Assembly: GCA_050084515.1 (NCBI GenBank) | Contig: CM114271.1 | Coordinates: 33,046,001-33,110,000 of the forward strand | Direction of reading: 5' to 3' | DNA from: Blasia pusilla | Taxonomy: Eukaryota | Length of the DNA stretch: 64,000 nucleotides | Shown: positions 1 to 13,399 of the stretch, one piece after another | Numbering within the stretch: the first letter of the stretch is position 1 | Layout of the letters: the number at the start of each line of letters is the position of its first letter | The notes under the pieces: generated by a model | What the model saw: only the letters and a program-made list of their open reading frames with translations | Databases searched by the model: none | What the model was told of the DNA's origin: nothing | Made by a program: the position numbers and the translations under genes

Positions 1-819
1 GAGAGACATCCCCATGGGTGACCCCTGTGGGCCATTACTATTGCTTAGTTTCATGGGGGCTAGTCGGTGTACCAATGCCAGCGTTAGCTCGTTTGGGACC
101 GCTATTATAATATGGGGATGTTCTAAATTGGGGCGTGATTTAAGTGGAGCTACTGCATTTCTTCACGATCAAGTTTGGGAGTTCTTGATTCGTCAGGCCG
201 AGATCCGAATGCGATAGATTTTGCTTTTTTTTCTCCATCATGTTTATCACCTCTCGAATTGTTGGGACGTGGTTTACCTGGAAAGATTTTCCTTTTCCGA
301 ATATGGAGAAGAGTATGGTTATTAATTTGAATCTTTTATATAAATAGCATGTTTCTATGTGGTGTTGATAAAGTATATTTTGTCGCTCCCGGACATGCAT
401 GCTTCCTAGGCACTCTACGTGCCTAGGAATGTCACACCCACGCATGTAAATTTTGTATGGAGGATATATATATATATATAATCCTAATTATGAACCCCTA
501 ATGCACTTGGGATGTCCATCTTTGACTCCCAAATTAAAGTTGTGTCATTTTTCATGCGAAGTCCATTGCAATGTTTCATATGCTCGTCCATACTAAACCT
601 AGTGCTTAACATGTGATAATGGGACATCGCTGCATCCTAAATGCATTCTTATTAGTTCTTAAGACTAGACTTTCTCCATGAAAACTTTTTCAATAAGAAT
701 AGTTAGTATTCATTCTTTTAATTATGAAATCTAAAATATTCAAAAATATGATCTTCCTTGAACAAGAAATTTATGTTTCAGTTTGGATTGAAGCCTCAAG
801 TTAAATAGGCTTCTTTATC

Positions 820-1340
820 ACATGCAAACACATTACCAACAACATACATCATTGTCACCATCCATGCACTCATAAACAAGAGACGACACTCAATCATGGA
901 TCATAAAGATACAAGAGGATCATGCATCGTAAAAGTCTCCAATAAAATCAGAGATCAAATCTCATTTTCCATAGTTCTCTCTCAAGTATCAAATCAAAAT
1001 CACTCTCCTAGCGAGAGGTTTGGGTCACCCACAATAGAAGGAGCATCATAGCTTTTTCACCTTATGGAGTCAAGAAAGAAAGTTCAACTCATAAAGAATG
1101 AGCTCTCCAAGCTCTCTCTCTCTACTTAGGTATACCCTCTCCCCCTCACCCGAGCTCCCTCCTTGGTAACCTTTGCAAACAAATCACCCTTTCAACCCTA
1201 ACCAATGATAGTAAGTCAAGAGGAAATTTCGAAAATGGAAAGACTTAGTCAACTAATCTAAAAGTAAGGAGCTAATGTGAAATAGTGAATTTCTAAAAAT
1301 AGCTCAAAATGAGCCCAAAATATGGGGTAATCTACACACT
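820..1340 (+). repeat. Degenerate LTR fragment, family A (same family as 24570-24960, 43435-44325, 50975-51983)
   Basis: Shares blocks such as CACTCTCCTA..GAGAGG.TTGGGT, CATAGCT, GAATGAGCTCTC, AGGTATACCC and GGTAACCT with the copies at 43.9 kb and 51.55 kb. Boundaries approximate. Confidence 0.6.
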
Positions 1341-1779
1341 CACATTACCCTCCTCCTTAGCTTGTCATCCTTGACTTACCAACATGAGTGTTTGATCTCT
1401 CCAAACATATCATGTAGATACACTTCGCTCCACTACAAAAGATACTTATTAAACGACGTACATACATCATTCAACAACACTCATAAAATTGAATACCATT
1501 CAATCATGGAATCCAAATCTAGAAAATAATCATGCACTAGAAAGATCTCTAGCTTTGAACTTGACCATATACATACATAGTGGGGGTTATTCATGTTTGA
1601 GATTATAACGGCTAGACCCAACATCCTTTTGGGATCAATAAGGTGGCATAGAAAGCTTGTAAGAAGCCAATTTCAATCCACTAAAATCCACACATACGCA
1701 CGAGTAGAGATCCATAAACCATCCTCAAACTGTTGGAATGATAGTTGGGTTTAGGGCCACAAGGAACGGCCCAAGAGGA

Positions 1780-2330
1780 CTTTCCTACACGCAAAAAGGG
1801 GATGGAGATATTTAGAACTATATATAAGAAGGATGGTATCTAAGGGTGTTCGGAACTTGAACCCCATCTTGGAAACCATTGGGTTGAACCAAGCTTATAG
1901 GATAGATTGAGAGATTGACATTGAGGTTTTCACACCAAGCCAAGTACAAATGGAAGCGTTATTGACAAAATTTTGACCTTGATCCATTCAATGTTCATTG
2001 GGCAGTTGGGATCCCCAGGAAAGCAGCGTGCAAGTGTCGTTTTAGGCCCCTTGAATATCAAGGAAGTCTATCCCTAGTCTTGAATGACTTTCCCCTATTG
2101 GGGAGTGAGGGTTTAGGTCGGTACTTGACCTCATATAGATCTTGTGAGCTTGGAGGGTAGGCCGAGACAAAAATTCCAGAGACATAAGGCTGGTTGATCC
2201 AAACCATGGCTAATCTAACTGTGTCTGATTAGTAAGGAGAGCGTATCTTTCAAACACAAGCTTCTATGACATACAAGATCCGTGTTCAAGGGATTAGATG
2301 CCTGACATCTCTAGTTAGTGATTAAATCAC
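1780..2330 (-). repeat. Degenerate LTR fragment, family B (same family as 16510-16957 and 24090-24570)
   Basis: Shares GGCAGTTGG, TATCAAGGAAGT.TATCCC.AGTCTTGAA, TTAGGTCGGTA, GGTTGA.CCAAAC and GTAAGGAGAG with the 24.2-24.5 kb copy, and related blocks with the 16.7-16.9 kb copy. Boundaries approximate. Confidence 0.6.
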
Positions 2331-2599
2331 TCAAACTCATCCATATATCCCTACCTAGCATAGCATACACTTATCTAACAGTAAGAGCATAAATTTCAGG
2401 TGCTAATGTGGCCCAACATATCCTTAAGTTCCTTCCTATCATAATTGCCATCTCATCCAATCTACATATAGGACCTTATCTTAGGTACATTTAGGATACA
2501 TACATCCTCTCCAAGAAAAACTCTAGTGAGAAGTGGAGTCAAACATGATATATATATATATATCACCTTCTCCAACATCCATCACAAACTAGCATGGTG

Positions 2600-3960
2600 G
2601 ATGCATCTACATAATATCTATATAACAAAAAACATAAGCTTGCACTCTCAAAATAGTATCTTTTGCTATAGTATCCAACATTTTTGGAATTGGTGTTGTT
2701 TTTTGCAAGTAGACATAATCTACTTCATGAAACCTCTTGATTGTCAATAACTAGCCAGTTCTGTGAATAGTCATATACCTTAATGTTTCCTAAATTATGC
2801 AATTTTGAGGTTCCCAAATATCATGGGCATGAGCCGCATTATTTTCCTAATAATCTCCACCCATTGATATGCGGATCATGGAGATTGAATACATCATCAT
2901 CATTACTACGCATGACGGCAAGAATGTGACTCTCATCTATAGAGCAGAAAATAAAGTGAGAAGGATATCAACCCACAAAACTTATAGCCCATTTTTAACC
3001 ATATAAATTTTAAATCCCAATCTCCTAGGGTGACCTCTTGCATAGCTTAAGGAAGATTGCCTCTCACATAGCTCAAGGAAAATAGTTGACTTTCCTATCA
3101 TAGGAAAGTCAATAGCAGAATCCTCTAAAGGAAAGCAATCCTGAAGGCATTCACACAATGTACATAACAAACCTTAAGATGCAAGCACACGTTCAAAGAG
3201 GGATAGGTTAAGGCATATAGTCGATAATGCCGAGGTAGAAGTCACATACAAAAGTTGGGATGTCGACCACTAAGCAAAGATGTAGCCTACATAAGGTGTT
3301 AATTATATCAATTTTTGGAAGCGCAACGTTCATAGGGCGAAGAACATATGTAACTCACAAGTATTCACAATCATATCCCAATTTCCTCCAACGGTGCAAC
3401 TTGGCTACTTCAAGGTTATGGTGTACAAAGACCATGGGAAATGGTATCTCTTACACAAGCCATGAACTCACTCCGAGGAGACTTCCAATCACCTCCTTGA
3501 TAATGCCTCAATTGATGCGTTATCATAGAGGTAATTGGAATCTCACTATGGCCAACCTTCCATCCTTAGTATATCAAAAGCATCAATACGGGAGGAAAAG
3601 TAGTGGATACCATCATAGCTCACTCATAGGGTCAAGTGTGATGCAAGCTCGAGGGAGAAAGAAGGTTTGCCCATTAGATGGCAAGGTTTGTCTATTAGAT
3701 GTTATAAATTATAACATCTAATGGACGTCCTTGCATCTTGAGGGTTCCACTTAAGGGCCATAATTTCATTTCAAGTTATATTGTTGTAGTACCTACGGAT
3801 GATCTACTTCACAACTATGACCTCGTGAGGATTGGTGATCTCCAAATTACTTTCAAAAGATTCTCTTCTTATTTTACTCCAATATCTCTTCTTATTATCT
3901 TAATCCAATTACCTAACCATTTATATCTAACCACCTGGTTAGATCATTTGATAGGAGTGG
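2600..3960 (-). mobile_element. Decayed Ty3/Gypsy integrase region
   Basis: Minus-strand translation across stops and frameshifts gives MGYKF..SFSLYFLLY, LMPMIFGNLKIA and KRFHEVDYVYLQKTTP.PKMLDTIAKDTILRV, typical of the integrase C-terminus of green-lineage Gypsy elements. Confidence 0.65.
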
Positions 3961-6879
3961 TTCTTCTTTCAATTTAGTTAGCCACATTATTAAGTATTTT
4001 TATATTATACATTTGAGATATTTTTTTAATAATATTTTGAATTTTTTTCTTTGAGATAGATCCTTCATCTATATGATTAAAAGAGGATTAGAAAAAACCT
4101 TCGGGTTAGAGAAAACTCTCGGGTCCTTTAATAGAGGGAGTTCAGTTAAGAAGACGCAATTAAAGGAAGAAGGAAGCCAAACTAGATTTTATATTTTGTT
4201 ATAAAAGAATGCCTTCTTGATTTTCAAACACCTTTCTATTTGAAAGGTAATCTTTAGTCAACGAAAAATGTTTCACATGTTAGGACTAAACAATGAAAAA
4301 ACATTTCACATGTTAAAACAACAAGAAAAAAAATTAAATTAATGTGCCACATCATTCATTTCTTTCTTTCCCGTGCTATACACTAACTCTTCTTCTAAGG
4401 TGCATACAAGGGCACCTTACTAATTTTTATTTTTAAATTACCCTAATCCCATATTTGTCCTCCTTTTTCTTTGCGCCATCATCCCACGACCGGCACTCAC
4501 GATTATTTGGTGAGTTCCGGTTGTGTCAAAGCCGAACCTCTGCCGCCCGGCAGTCCAATTTCCCCACTTTTCCGCTCCGGTTGTGGCTTCACGTAACCTT
4601 CTCTTGGAACTCCTCACCCGCTTTGTCTCGCATTCCAATTTGCTCCCGCTTTTCATTGAGGAATTCTCTCGCATTCCAATTTCGTGTGCGATGGCCAGCA
4701 GTAACGGATGGATCTTTTCATTTCACATTCCCTCCGTGACTCCATCGCCAGAAGTCGACGATAAGGTGATCGATGGTGGTGGACGAGTAAAATCGCGGTC
4801 CTCCAGAGTCTAGAGTCTAGACCACTGTCCACAGTGGGGGAATCCGCAAGTCAACGAAACAAGTTCCTGTGACCTACGGCACTGGAGCGCGCAAGTCAAC
4901 CACAATAGATGTGTTTGACAGGTTCGCCGATCGCGCGATGACGAATGTTCCACGCTGCCGGATGATCCATGGGCGTTGCCGCGCATCTCTGAGGCTTTCT
5001 TGTCGCAACCAGAGCTGGACTTCATCCTTACGGGAAGGGCAAGTCTGTGTTCCTCCCTCGCTCACTCCCACAAGTCAAGTCATGTCCGCTCTGGCGCCAC
5101 TTAGACCTCGGGCCCTGCGTGTGTGGATGCGATGATTGACCTCGTCTGCATCCTGTGGAATCCAGAGATTCAGACCAAGTCATGCAATCGAGAGACGGAC
5201 GAGTAACTAACCCCAAGTCAGTCCAGTCTAGAATCTGTGTGGTCAGGCTTATGCGCCATCCATCGAGCGATCGATCCAACTCCTCCAGTGAAGTCGAGTC
5301 TGAGCTTTTGCTTTTGAAATCGGGTAATACCGCAAACGATTTCTACTGCCGAGGGTACACGATTTCTAGTGCAAAAGGCGGGGGGAGGATTTCTCTGGCC
5401 TGGGTTGCATCCAGCTAGAGGCTGGACTGTCACCGAATCGTAGCTTTCAGAACGAGTATTTCTGTCAAACATCGCCCACCTCACGAGAGACAAGGCTGAA
5501 GGGATACAGGATCGAAAGTCTCAGATTTACAAAAATCAGAGAATTTCGATCCAAGCAGGAGAGCAACGCAGGTATTGAATCTGCTCGCCTCCCTCTGAAT
5601 GGAGATGCTACTAGGTACCCATGCAGGCATTCCTCCCTCGACTCATGATCCAACAATCAGACAGTGACAATGACAGGCGTGTGTTTCAATTCCCTCACTC
5701 TTTCCAGACTGACACTCCTTGGGCTGGCTCCAGTTAGTCAGGCATCACCGCAGGTTTCTAGAATCAACCTTCGCCACCCAGCCCTGCGAGGCGACGGGGC
5801 AAAACCAATCGGAATCGACGCCAGACAAGCTGCTGAAAGTAGCATGTGCACACATGGTCGGGCAACGATTCTGAGAGGCAAGCTGTAGACCTTATCCGTC
5901 ATAGTGTGCCCAATGTTAAGTCGGTTGATCTGTGGGCCGTGGGTAGATCTTTGTTTATAAAGTAATCTCCTAAGAGACACGTCCCTTGCGAAAACTTCAG
6001 CAGATTTCGTCTGCAGCGTGTTAAATGAGTCGTTTGAGCGCTCCGAAATTCGCTGAAAAGTGGGAAATGTACTCAATTAAAAAAGCCTTGAATCAAAGCA
6101 TCTCTACCTTCCTCTCATTCGCACGATACAGCAACTCCGACAGGTGAAGTAAATTCTTCATCTGATGAAGAATATTTCAGGCAGACAAGGAGGAAATAGA
6201 CTCCATGATTTTGCTCTTTTAACCTTTCGTTAATTACGCGGAAGAAATGTTTAAGATAAACCTGACGACGTAAAAGTCGTTCCCTCATATTTTCCTCAAC
6301 ATTCTACTCCACGGCTCTGTTACGGATCCTCCTTCCATCTTATTTGCTCCTGTGCGACGGGCTCCAGTGCTAATGACCTACAACCCCAGTCAGTGAGAGA
6401 TCTGAAAGCGTTTCTCCTTGGAATATTGTAGCCACCAGCCAGAGTAGCTGGTTTTTTAACCCAGTTCTATACGACTGCTAAAACTACCGTGGACAGTAGA
6501 CACACTAGTCATGAAAATTTTGATCCAATCGAGATGCATGCACAGCTGAAATCTCAATCTCGGACGAAAATTCTAGATCTTGATGAAGGCAGAATGGATT
6601 GCGGTTAGCGCAAGAAATCATCCCATCGTAAGCTTTGCGGAAGCAAAGCTTGTGGAGCCCACGTTAGAGGAGTTGTGAAAATGTCCGTATTCTAGAGAGA
6701 GACGGCAGAAACTTCCTCCGAGCTGGAGCAGGCTGTATACAATCTACCGATGACTTCCCTCAAACTCGAAGCTAACAAACCTGGGCATCAAGGAATATCA
6801 GGGTCAAGAAGCATATCCTTGGCGACTCTACTCCACTTACTAGATGGATCGGAGAATTTTGGATGGATCATGACCTAAC

Positions 6880-8533
6880 CTACGAACTCTTTGACTCTGT
6901 TCTAGGAGCTTCGTCAGTCAAGTTCAGCTCTGCCATTTGCTTCTCCACAGAGACGAGTCCGATTTGAGAGATGTACCTGCTCAGACGAACCACCACCACC
7001 ACCCAGAACAGCACGACAATCACTCAGTATCAAATGGCTCCACTCACACGCATAGTAGCTCCGAGCACGTACTCTTTCACGTTGACCCGGCCATTGCCAC
7101 ATAGACCACTTTCGAGAAGACGCAATGGCTACTAGCTCACTCTTTTGCACCATGTGCAACACGGCGTGTGCTCAGCAAACACTTTTGGCGTGAGGATACA
7201 ACTACAGACAATGTCGTTGTTTGCACGTCAATGGAGAGATGGGCGTTGACACACTAGTGGAATGTGTGTGCTATGACTTCCCTTCAGCAGATGGCAGAAT
7301 AGGGCCTTATCTCCAGCACACCTTTGTTTCTCTCTATGACTGGTCCACATGGCTGCTCTATCGACTCCTTGTTCGACAGAGGTGCATGATCTCTTCGATG
7401 CAGCAGGTAGTAAACCAGACAGAAAAAAACCCTGAAAAAAACGATTTCAAGCTCGACCTGCCCTTGCCCTCAATGACTTCCAGTGCACAAGCCCAATTTG
7501 CCAGAGGTTATCAAGTGGACAGACATCACTAGTGAGGCCAAGAATAGGTTTATTCTGTAGATTGAAACTGAAATCTTCCTCGCTCAGGAATCAGGATGGG
7601 ATCCTCAGCAATCTTGACCTAAAACATGGTTTTTCTTCACATTTGTGCTGCAGGATTCACTGGTTGAATCCCCTAATTCTCAGAGCACACTTTTCTCTGG
7701 GGAAGGACTACGCACACGCGTGTGTCAGCACATGCCAACCTAAACAAGAGAGCAAGTGACAATAATCGTACCAGGACAGAAGCACAGCCAGACCTCCGGC
7801 GATGGTGATCAGAAAGAGCACGTTCACAAGCAGCATCAAACTGGCACTCCGGATCGCAACGTGCAGAAGCAGGACAAGAGATCCGGCCAACGCCACTAGC
7901 ACGGCCCTGGTTGCGAACCAAGTCGGGCCCTGCAGGCATACACATTCTCATTCATCAATCCCAATCCACCCCTCAGTCCAAACAATTAGAGAGTTCCCGA
8001 TCTCGTCCGATTTCAATTCTGTCTTCCGAGACGCCCACATCCACGTCTGCACGAGAGGCTACAAAGAGTATTAACAAAGATGAGCTGCCTAGGTTTCACC
8101 AAACCTCGAACGAGAAGAGGAGTGCAGGGAAATCTTAGCCGATTTAGAAAAGTGCGTGGGTGCAGAAGGAAACAAACACTCCAGAATTTATCGAGAGTAT
8201 AGAGCACACATTGACGCCCGTTGCTAAAGCGCCTAACAACACTGCCTCGCCAGTTCCAGGCTTCCTCTTGGAAACACCGCCTTCGTGCTCCGGCCTACCC
8301 GCGGGCTGAACTTTGATCCTCTCTTTCACAAAGGAATGAGCGCGGATTCGATGCACCTCATCATTGAGTGGGGCTGTCGATCTAGGAAGCACTGCCTCCT
8401 CCGCCTGTAGATTCGGTAGTCTCTTCTCGTTTCTGTCCGTAGTCTGAACGGTCTCCAGTCCCTCGGATATCACCACATCGTCAGATTCAAGCACGCTACG
8501 GGGCAATTCACCAGAATCCGGCATTTTAGACAT
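6880..8533 (-). CDS. PKR1-like ER membrane protein (putative V-ATPase assembly factor), 3 coding exons, about 192 aa
   Basis: Exons 8533-8210 (MSKMPD...GEAVLLGALATGVN, donor GTGTGC), 7929-7772 (acceptor CCTGCAG; GPTWFATRAVLVALAGSLVLLLHVAIRSASLMLLVNVLFLITIAGGLAVLLS-W, donor GTACGA) and 6976-6880 (acceptor GAGCAG; YISQIGLVSVEKQMAELNLTDEAPRTESKSS*). Phases 0 and 2 join without a frameshift. Two hydrophobic helices plus LLGAL..GVN.PTW and SW...Q.GLVSVE.QM resemble the conserved plant Pkr1-like family. Start codon uncertain. Confidence 0.8.
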
Positions 8534-9902
8534 TTCTTGCTATCCCGCCCAGTTACCCACCCTCCCGCTCCTTCGCCCACAGAGACGTGATAGCTACCTG
8601 GCTCACAGCATTCCATAGATCGGTGCTCTTCACGCTGTGACCTGATTTTGCGCAGATCTACGAAACCTACGTACTTTCGACCTGCTCTATGTACGAACAC
8701 CTACCAGACTTCCTTACCGAACTTTCCGCTCTTGAAAATATGTTACCGTTTGGTCTCGTTGCAGCTCCCACTCTTTACTTCCTCTCCGCACCTCTGCCCA
8801 TGTCGTTGTTGTACCCTACAGGGTCGCATGAACTGACATATTCCATAACTCCTGGTCGTCCTTGCAGCTCTTCTCTCCGCAATTCTCGTCGATTCTGCGC
8901 TTAGTGGGGAATTGGTTACTCTAGGAGCGACATGAATGAAGATTTGTTGAATTTTGTTCGATCCGAAATGTTCAGAGAACGGTCGTCACCCTCCCACCTC
9001 GAGGGATTCGTTCAACCTGAACTTTAGTACATTTCACACCACTCCCTAGGACACTACTGTATCTCCCTCAAGTATGGCTATCGCTACACATTTTCGTATC
9101 CGCTGTCATCATTACCCACACTTTTCCATCTCATTCAATGGGCGCACTGCTGTGCTTCTCTCCACTGGAAAATGCTGGCAGCGTCCTCGGAGCGGTCTAC
9201 GTGTTTCGCTTGCACCAGCTACTATGGCGCAAGGCACAAGCGCAATTGTGGCATTCAATTCTATGTTATCGGTTAAATTCGCCATCGGGAAGAATAAGCG
9301 AACACGCTTCTAAGATCGGGTACCCGGTCGCTGGAGGGAGAGACAGCGGCTCAGGAGACGAGTGCAGAGATCCAATCCCCATGCCTTAAAACACAGCTCG
9401 ATTACATGACACCTTTTGGTGTCAATTTCAGGGTCTAGTCGACTAAGAAGCATAACTCCAAACCTCCAGTGGACCAAACTCATCACATGTTGGAGATCTG
9501 AGTCACATCTTAGGGAGAACAAGGCAGAAATTGAAGGACTCGTGAGTGCAGCTTGTGTTTCAACCCTTTTGCCACAATTGAGAAGAACTCCTCCTCGATC
9601 TGGAGAAAGCGAACCCAAGCTCCAGTCGCTGGAAATCTAACTCCCAGAACCGCAGAATATCAAAATTGACAATCTCATAGAGTAGAAATGGTATTCTCTG
9701 CATCTACCCACATATGAGCAGAAAATTTCTTCTCGATTGGGACAAAGCAATCCCAAGCTCGAGTGGCTGGACATCCGAATGCCACTAATGATCTCGAGAA
9801 ACTAAAATAAAATCTCCCACGGAGAGCAACTTTCATTGGCAACCATCTGCCTACGAACAGTCCAAGGCACTCTTCCGGTTGCTGGAAAGAACAAAAAAGT
9901 CC

Positions 9903-9997
9903 AAAGCTTCAGTGGCTGGAAATCTAACCAGCCACTTCGATTGTGTGGGAGTGCCACACAATCGAAGCGTGTGGCACTCCCACACAATCGAAGCTTT
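9903..9997. repeat. Nested perfect inverted repeats (25-bp arms plus flanking hairpins)
   Basis: 9935-9959 CTTCGATTGTGTGGGAGTGCCACAC is the exact reverse complement of 9969-9993. Also AGTGGCTGG/CCAGCCACT (9911-9936) and AAAGCTTC/GAAGCTTT (9903-9910 and 9990-9997). Confidence 0.9.
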
Positions 9998-11364
9998 TAC
10001 TTCTTATCACTCCACTTCATTATAAAAACAAACCTCAAAAGAGGACAATGAAAGACAATAACATCCCAATAATGTTTCCTGTTGCGTCTATCTACATACT
10101 CTTGGCAACATTCCTGGCATTCCGCCTGAAGATGATCCAATAAGGGTCTGTCTCTTCTTCCCAGTGAGTAGAGAAGGAGGTCACACAACCCTTCAATGTC
10201 AGAAAAAGTGATGATACTACTCACATCTTGTTACTTTGAATTAAAAGGGAGGGCTTCCGAAACATTGCTTGTGACTTAACGTGAGTCCCAACGGTTCCGA
10301 ACCCAGTAAAATGGGAATCTATATTGGTGCAAGGGCAATTGTGTTCAATGTTCAGCTTCAGAAAGTGCTTCAAAGGTGGGCATACGAAGACTATCATCCC
10401 ATACAGAAAACAACAAACGTAAAATGCTTAATAGAAACACATATTCCAACGAATGGAAACACTGACTCAGAAGTATAGCACGGGACTAAAACCTTGACAC
10501 TCACATCCACAACATGAGCATGAAACCTTGGCTTCTTAAGGACGAAACTCAGTGCATGATCGTACCCACTTACTGCACTCTCGTCACGTTACTCAACCAC
10601 AATTCCATCGTTAGTTGCCAATTTCAATCATGATCACTAACAACACACGAGTGGTTCACATGCTGTCAAAAAGTAAAGACGCCCAACCTCCTCAACAGAT
10701 TAAGAATGAGTTATGTCAAACTAAGAGTGGCAACAAAGGTAACACAAACCACCTCGCTAATCTTGACCAAAACGAGGAAGTTCGAAGAGAACAGAGTGAA
10801 CTGTGGTCCAAATGAAATTAGCAAATACGATAGAACAAAATCACCATCATGAACCCCACAGACTAGCCAAATAAATCCACGAGTCAGAAATTGCAATGGA
10901 GAAGATAATTCAGGAGTCACTGTAAACTAGGGTTTATCGTATACTTTTGGCTTTGCTCAAAACTAACTCCAGAAAGATGGAGAACGTTCCCCATAAATCT
11001 TCTGTTTCAAGGCTACCTCATGAGTTGCAGTTGCAATCAAAGAGCGAGTGAGGACATCACAAAATTTGGGGCAAGATCCCCGGACTGCAACAGCCAAGCA
11101 ACTTGCTACACGCAGCAAGGAAAGTATGACGACAATTACCTCCTGCCCTCAAGCTCGACGTGGCAGAAAGTCTTCTCGAGAAGGTCTCATCCATCCACAC
11201 TTCAGAGAAAATCGACAACCCTAAAGTGACGAAAATTGTATCGGACCGGACCAGTAGATAATCCCCAGAGTTTCAATTACCGGGTAGAAATTATATTCAT
11301 AGTTTGAATACCAAACTTGTCCTACTTCTTTCAGGCCTAACATACACGAAGTTGATGTACTTAA

Positions 11365-12324
11365 CTAACGCTTGGAGTATTGAGGAGCTTTGCGTGCCTT
11401 CTTCAAACCATACTTCTTTCTCTCCACCACTCTTGAGTCTCGTGTGAGCAAACCCTGCTTCTTTAGAGGATCCCTATTAGCTTGGTTGGCCACAATTAAA
11501 GCGCGAGCAATTCCTAATAGGATGGCCTGTGCTTGTGCAGACAGTCCACCACCCTGTGCTCTTACAATCGTATCATACTTGGATTCATATCCAAGACTGG
11601 CCAGTGGGTACTTCACAGCTTGCAACCACAGGGGGTTTCCTTGCAGGTAATCCTGCACAAACAAAAGGAAGTCACGACACTGCTCCTCGGTCACTCGGCA
11701 AAAAGTAAGACCAACTAAGAGTTTGCACAAGCTACATAACACTTTGGCTCCAGTTCGTAGCCAGTAGTCACAAGTATCCAGCATCAATCCTATCTTAATC
11801 GAGCCACAACCAAGACAAAGATGTGCAAATTCAGCTGTGGAAACGAATCTCCCCAACCAATCTGACAAACTCGTGTTCTCGGTTAAAAGGTAACCAAAAT
11901 TTAAAAAAATGCATCAGAATCAGATCATCGCAAATAAAGCAGCAATTCAACGTACCGTGGCAGTGCGGTTGTTAATGATAATCTGACCCGTGCCGTCCAC
12001 GAGCACCACGCGAGCCACAGCGGTTTTCCTCCTCCCCGTTCCCCACAATCGCGCGGCAGCGAATCCTCCCGGAAGAACACTCTTGACATAGGCTTCCAAA
12101 TCCGCCTCCGACTCCTCTGCCACTGCCGCTCCCGCAGCACAAACCTTCAACGCGGCGCCTCCGGCAGGCCTGGCTCTGAGAGCGGTAGCAATCCGAAATG
12201 CAGGCCTCAAACTCAGGCCATTCTGCGCAGAAAATCGCGATCCCAGTGGCGCAACACTCTTCTCTGAATTCCCCACCACCTGCAAGGACGCGAGCGACGC
12301 CGCTAGCGCTGCCATCGTCGCCAT
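11365..12324 (-). CDS. RPS9: Nucleus-encoded plastid 30S ribosomal protein S9 (uS9c) with transit peptide, 2 exons, 218 aa
   Basis: Exon 1 12324-11956: Ala/Ser-rich transit peptide, then [30 protein letters not shown]. Phase-0 intron 11955-11653 (GTACGT...TTTGTGCAG). Exon 2 11652-11365: [17 protein letters not shown]...[19 protein letters not shown]...[28 protein letters not shown]. Canonical uS9 motifs. Confidence 0.97.
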
Positions 12325-12334
12325 AGCTCACCCT

Positions 12335-12640
12335 TCGACCTCCACTCTGTCACTTCTCCCTCCCTCTCTCCTCTCTCCCCTTCTCTGGTTGCTCTCCGCT
12401 TCCTCCCTATCCACATCACCACGTGCTTCTTTCCCCCCGTACTCGACTTCAAGCTGAGACTCAAAAGCTTGGGCCTAAGGCCGAGACTCAGACTACGGCG
12501 GAGCCTAAAGGCTAAACCCCGGCCCCCCAGAGATAAGGTTTCAAGGGCCGAGTGCGATTCTGCGCCACTTCTAAGGGTGGGAGTGGAACCGAGTTCAGGG
12601 TTTAAGGACCCGATTCTTCTGTAGAGGACGGGGTTTATGC
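12335..12640 (-). promoter_or_regulatory. Probable RPS9 5'UTR and proximal promoter with site-II-like and telo-box-like motifs
   Basis: TGGGCC at about 12470 and AAACCC/GGGTTT variants at about 12514, 12597 and 12630, immediately upstream of the ATG. Such motifs are common in plant ribosomal protein promoters. Confidence 0.35.
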
Positions 12641-13399
12641 TAAGGCTGAGTCCAGCTTACTTGCTTCGTTCCTAGACGACCTGGTTCGTGTTGGCCAAAT
12701 GGGATGGGATGTGTTGTCGTTTAGTAGGGATTGTCATGGGGAGAGATAAACAGAAAATTCATAAATGGTGAGAATATATAATTTGAGATAGATGGATGGA
12801 AATGGAAAATGGTGTCAAATGACATTTCAAATTTAGAATATTTGATTGATTTTTTTTACAATATTTTGGGCCATGGAGGTGTGATGTGGAATTTTGTCCC
12901 GTTGAAAAAATTATTTAATATTTATGGCAAACCCAATACATGGAGATTATTATTTTAGGGAATATGTCATAATTCAAGAGTTTAAAATGCAAGAAGAAAG
13001 ACTTGGATGGTGGTGCCCGAGCCGGGGGGAGGATGAGGAGCACTAGCAAAGAAGATGGAATATCGTTAGATGTTTTGCTAGTAACTATTCCAAACCTATA
13101 CCAATTTTTTTAAATCTTAGATTTAATTTGTTCGTCTATTCAAGTTTTAATTTTAGTTCTTTCTTTTTCCAACTTATGTTGTGGTTTTCCAACATTCTTG
13201 GGATCTTTGGACTTCCTCCTCTCATAAGTATGCGTGTAGATCCTTAAACGTAATTTCACACATAGTACTCTTTTTATTGTGTGGTTGTCGATTACAATTG
13301 AATGAAAGGGTTCCTCTTGGTTTTCTCAATCTTTTGTTACAATTTGGCCTAATATTACAAACTCATTTATTTATCTTAATCATCGATGAACAATCCACC

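Noticed and set aside
14-217. MGDPCGPLLL resembling the LINE RT motif QGDPLxPLLF
   Set aside because: No downstream YxDD or other RT motifs; probably coincidental.
11653-11868. N-terminal part of the 167-aa RPS9 ORF (MSDWLGRF...)
   Set aside because: It is intron sequence read in frame; the true exon starts after TGCAG at 11652.
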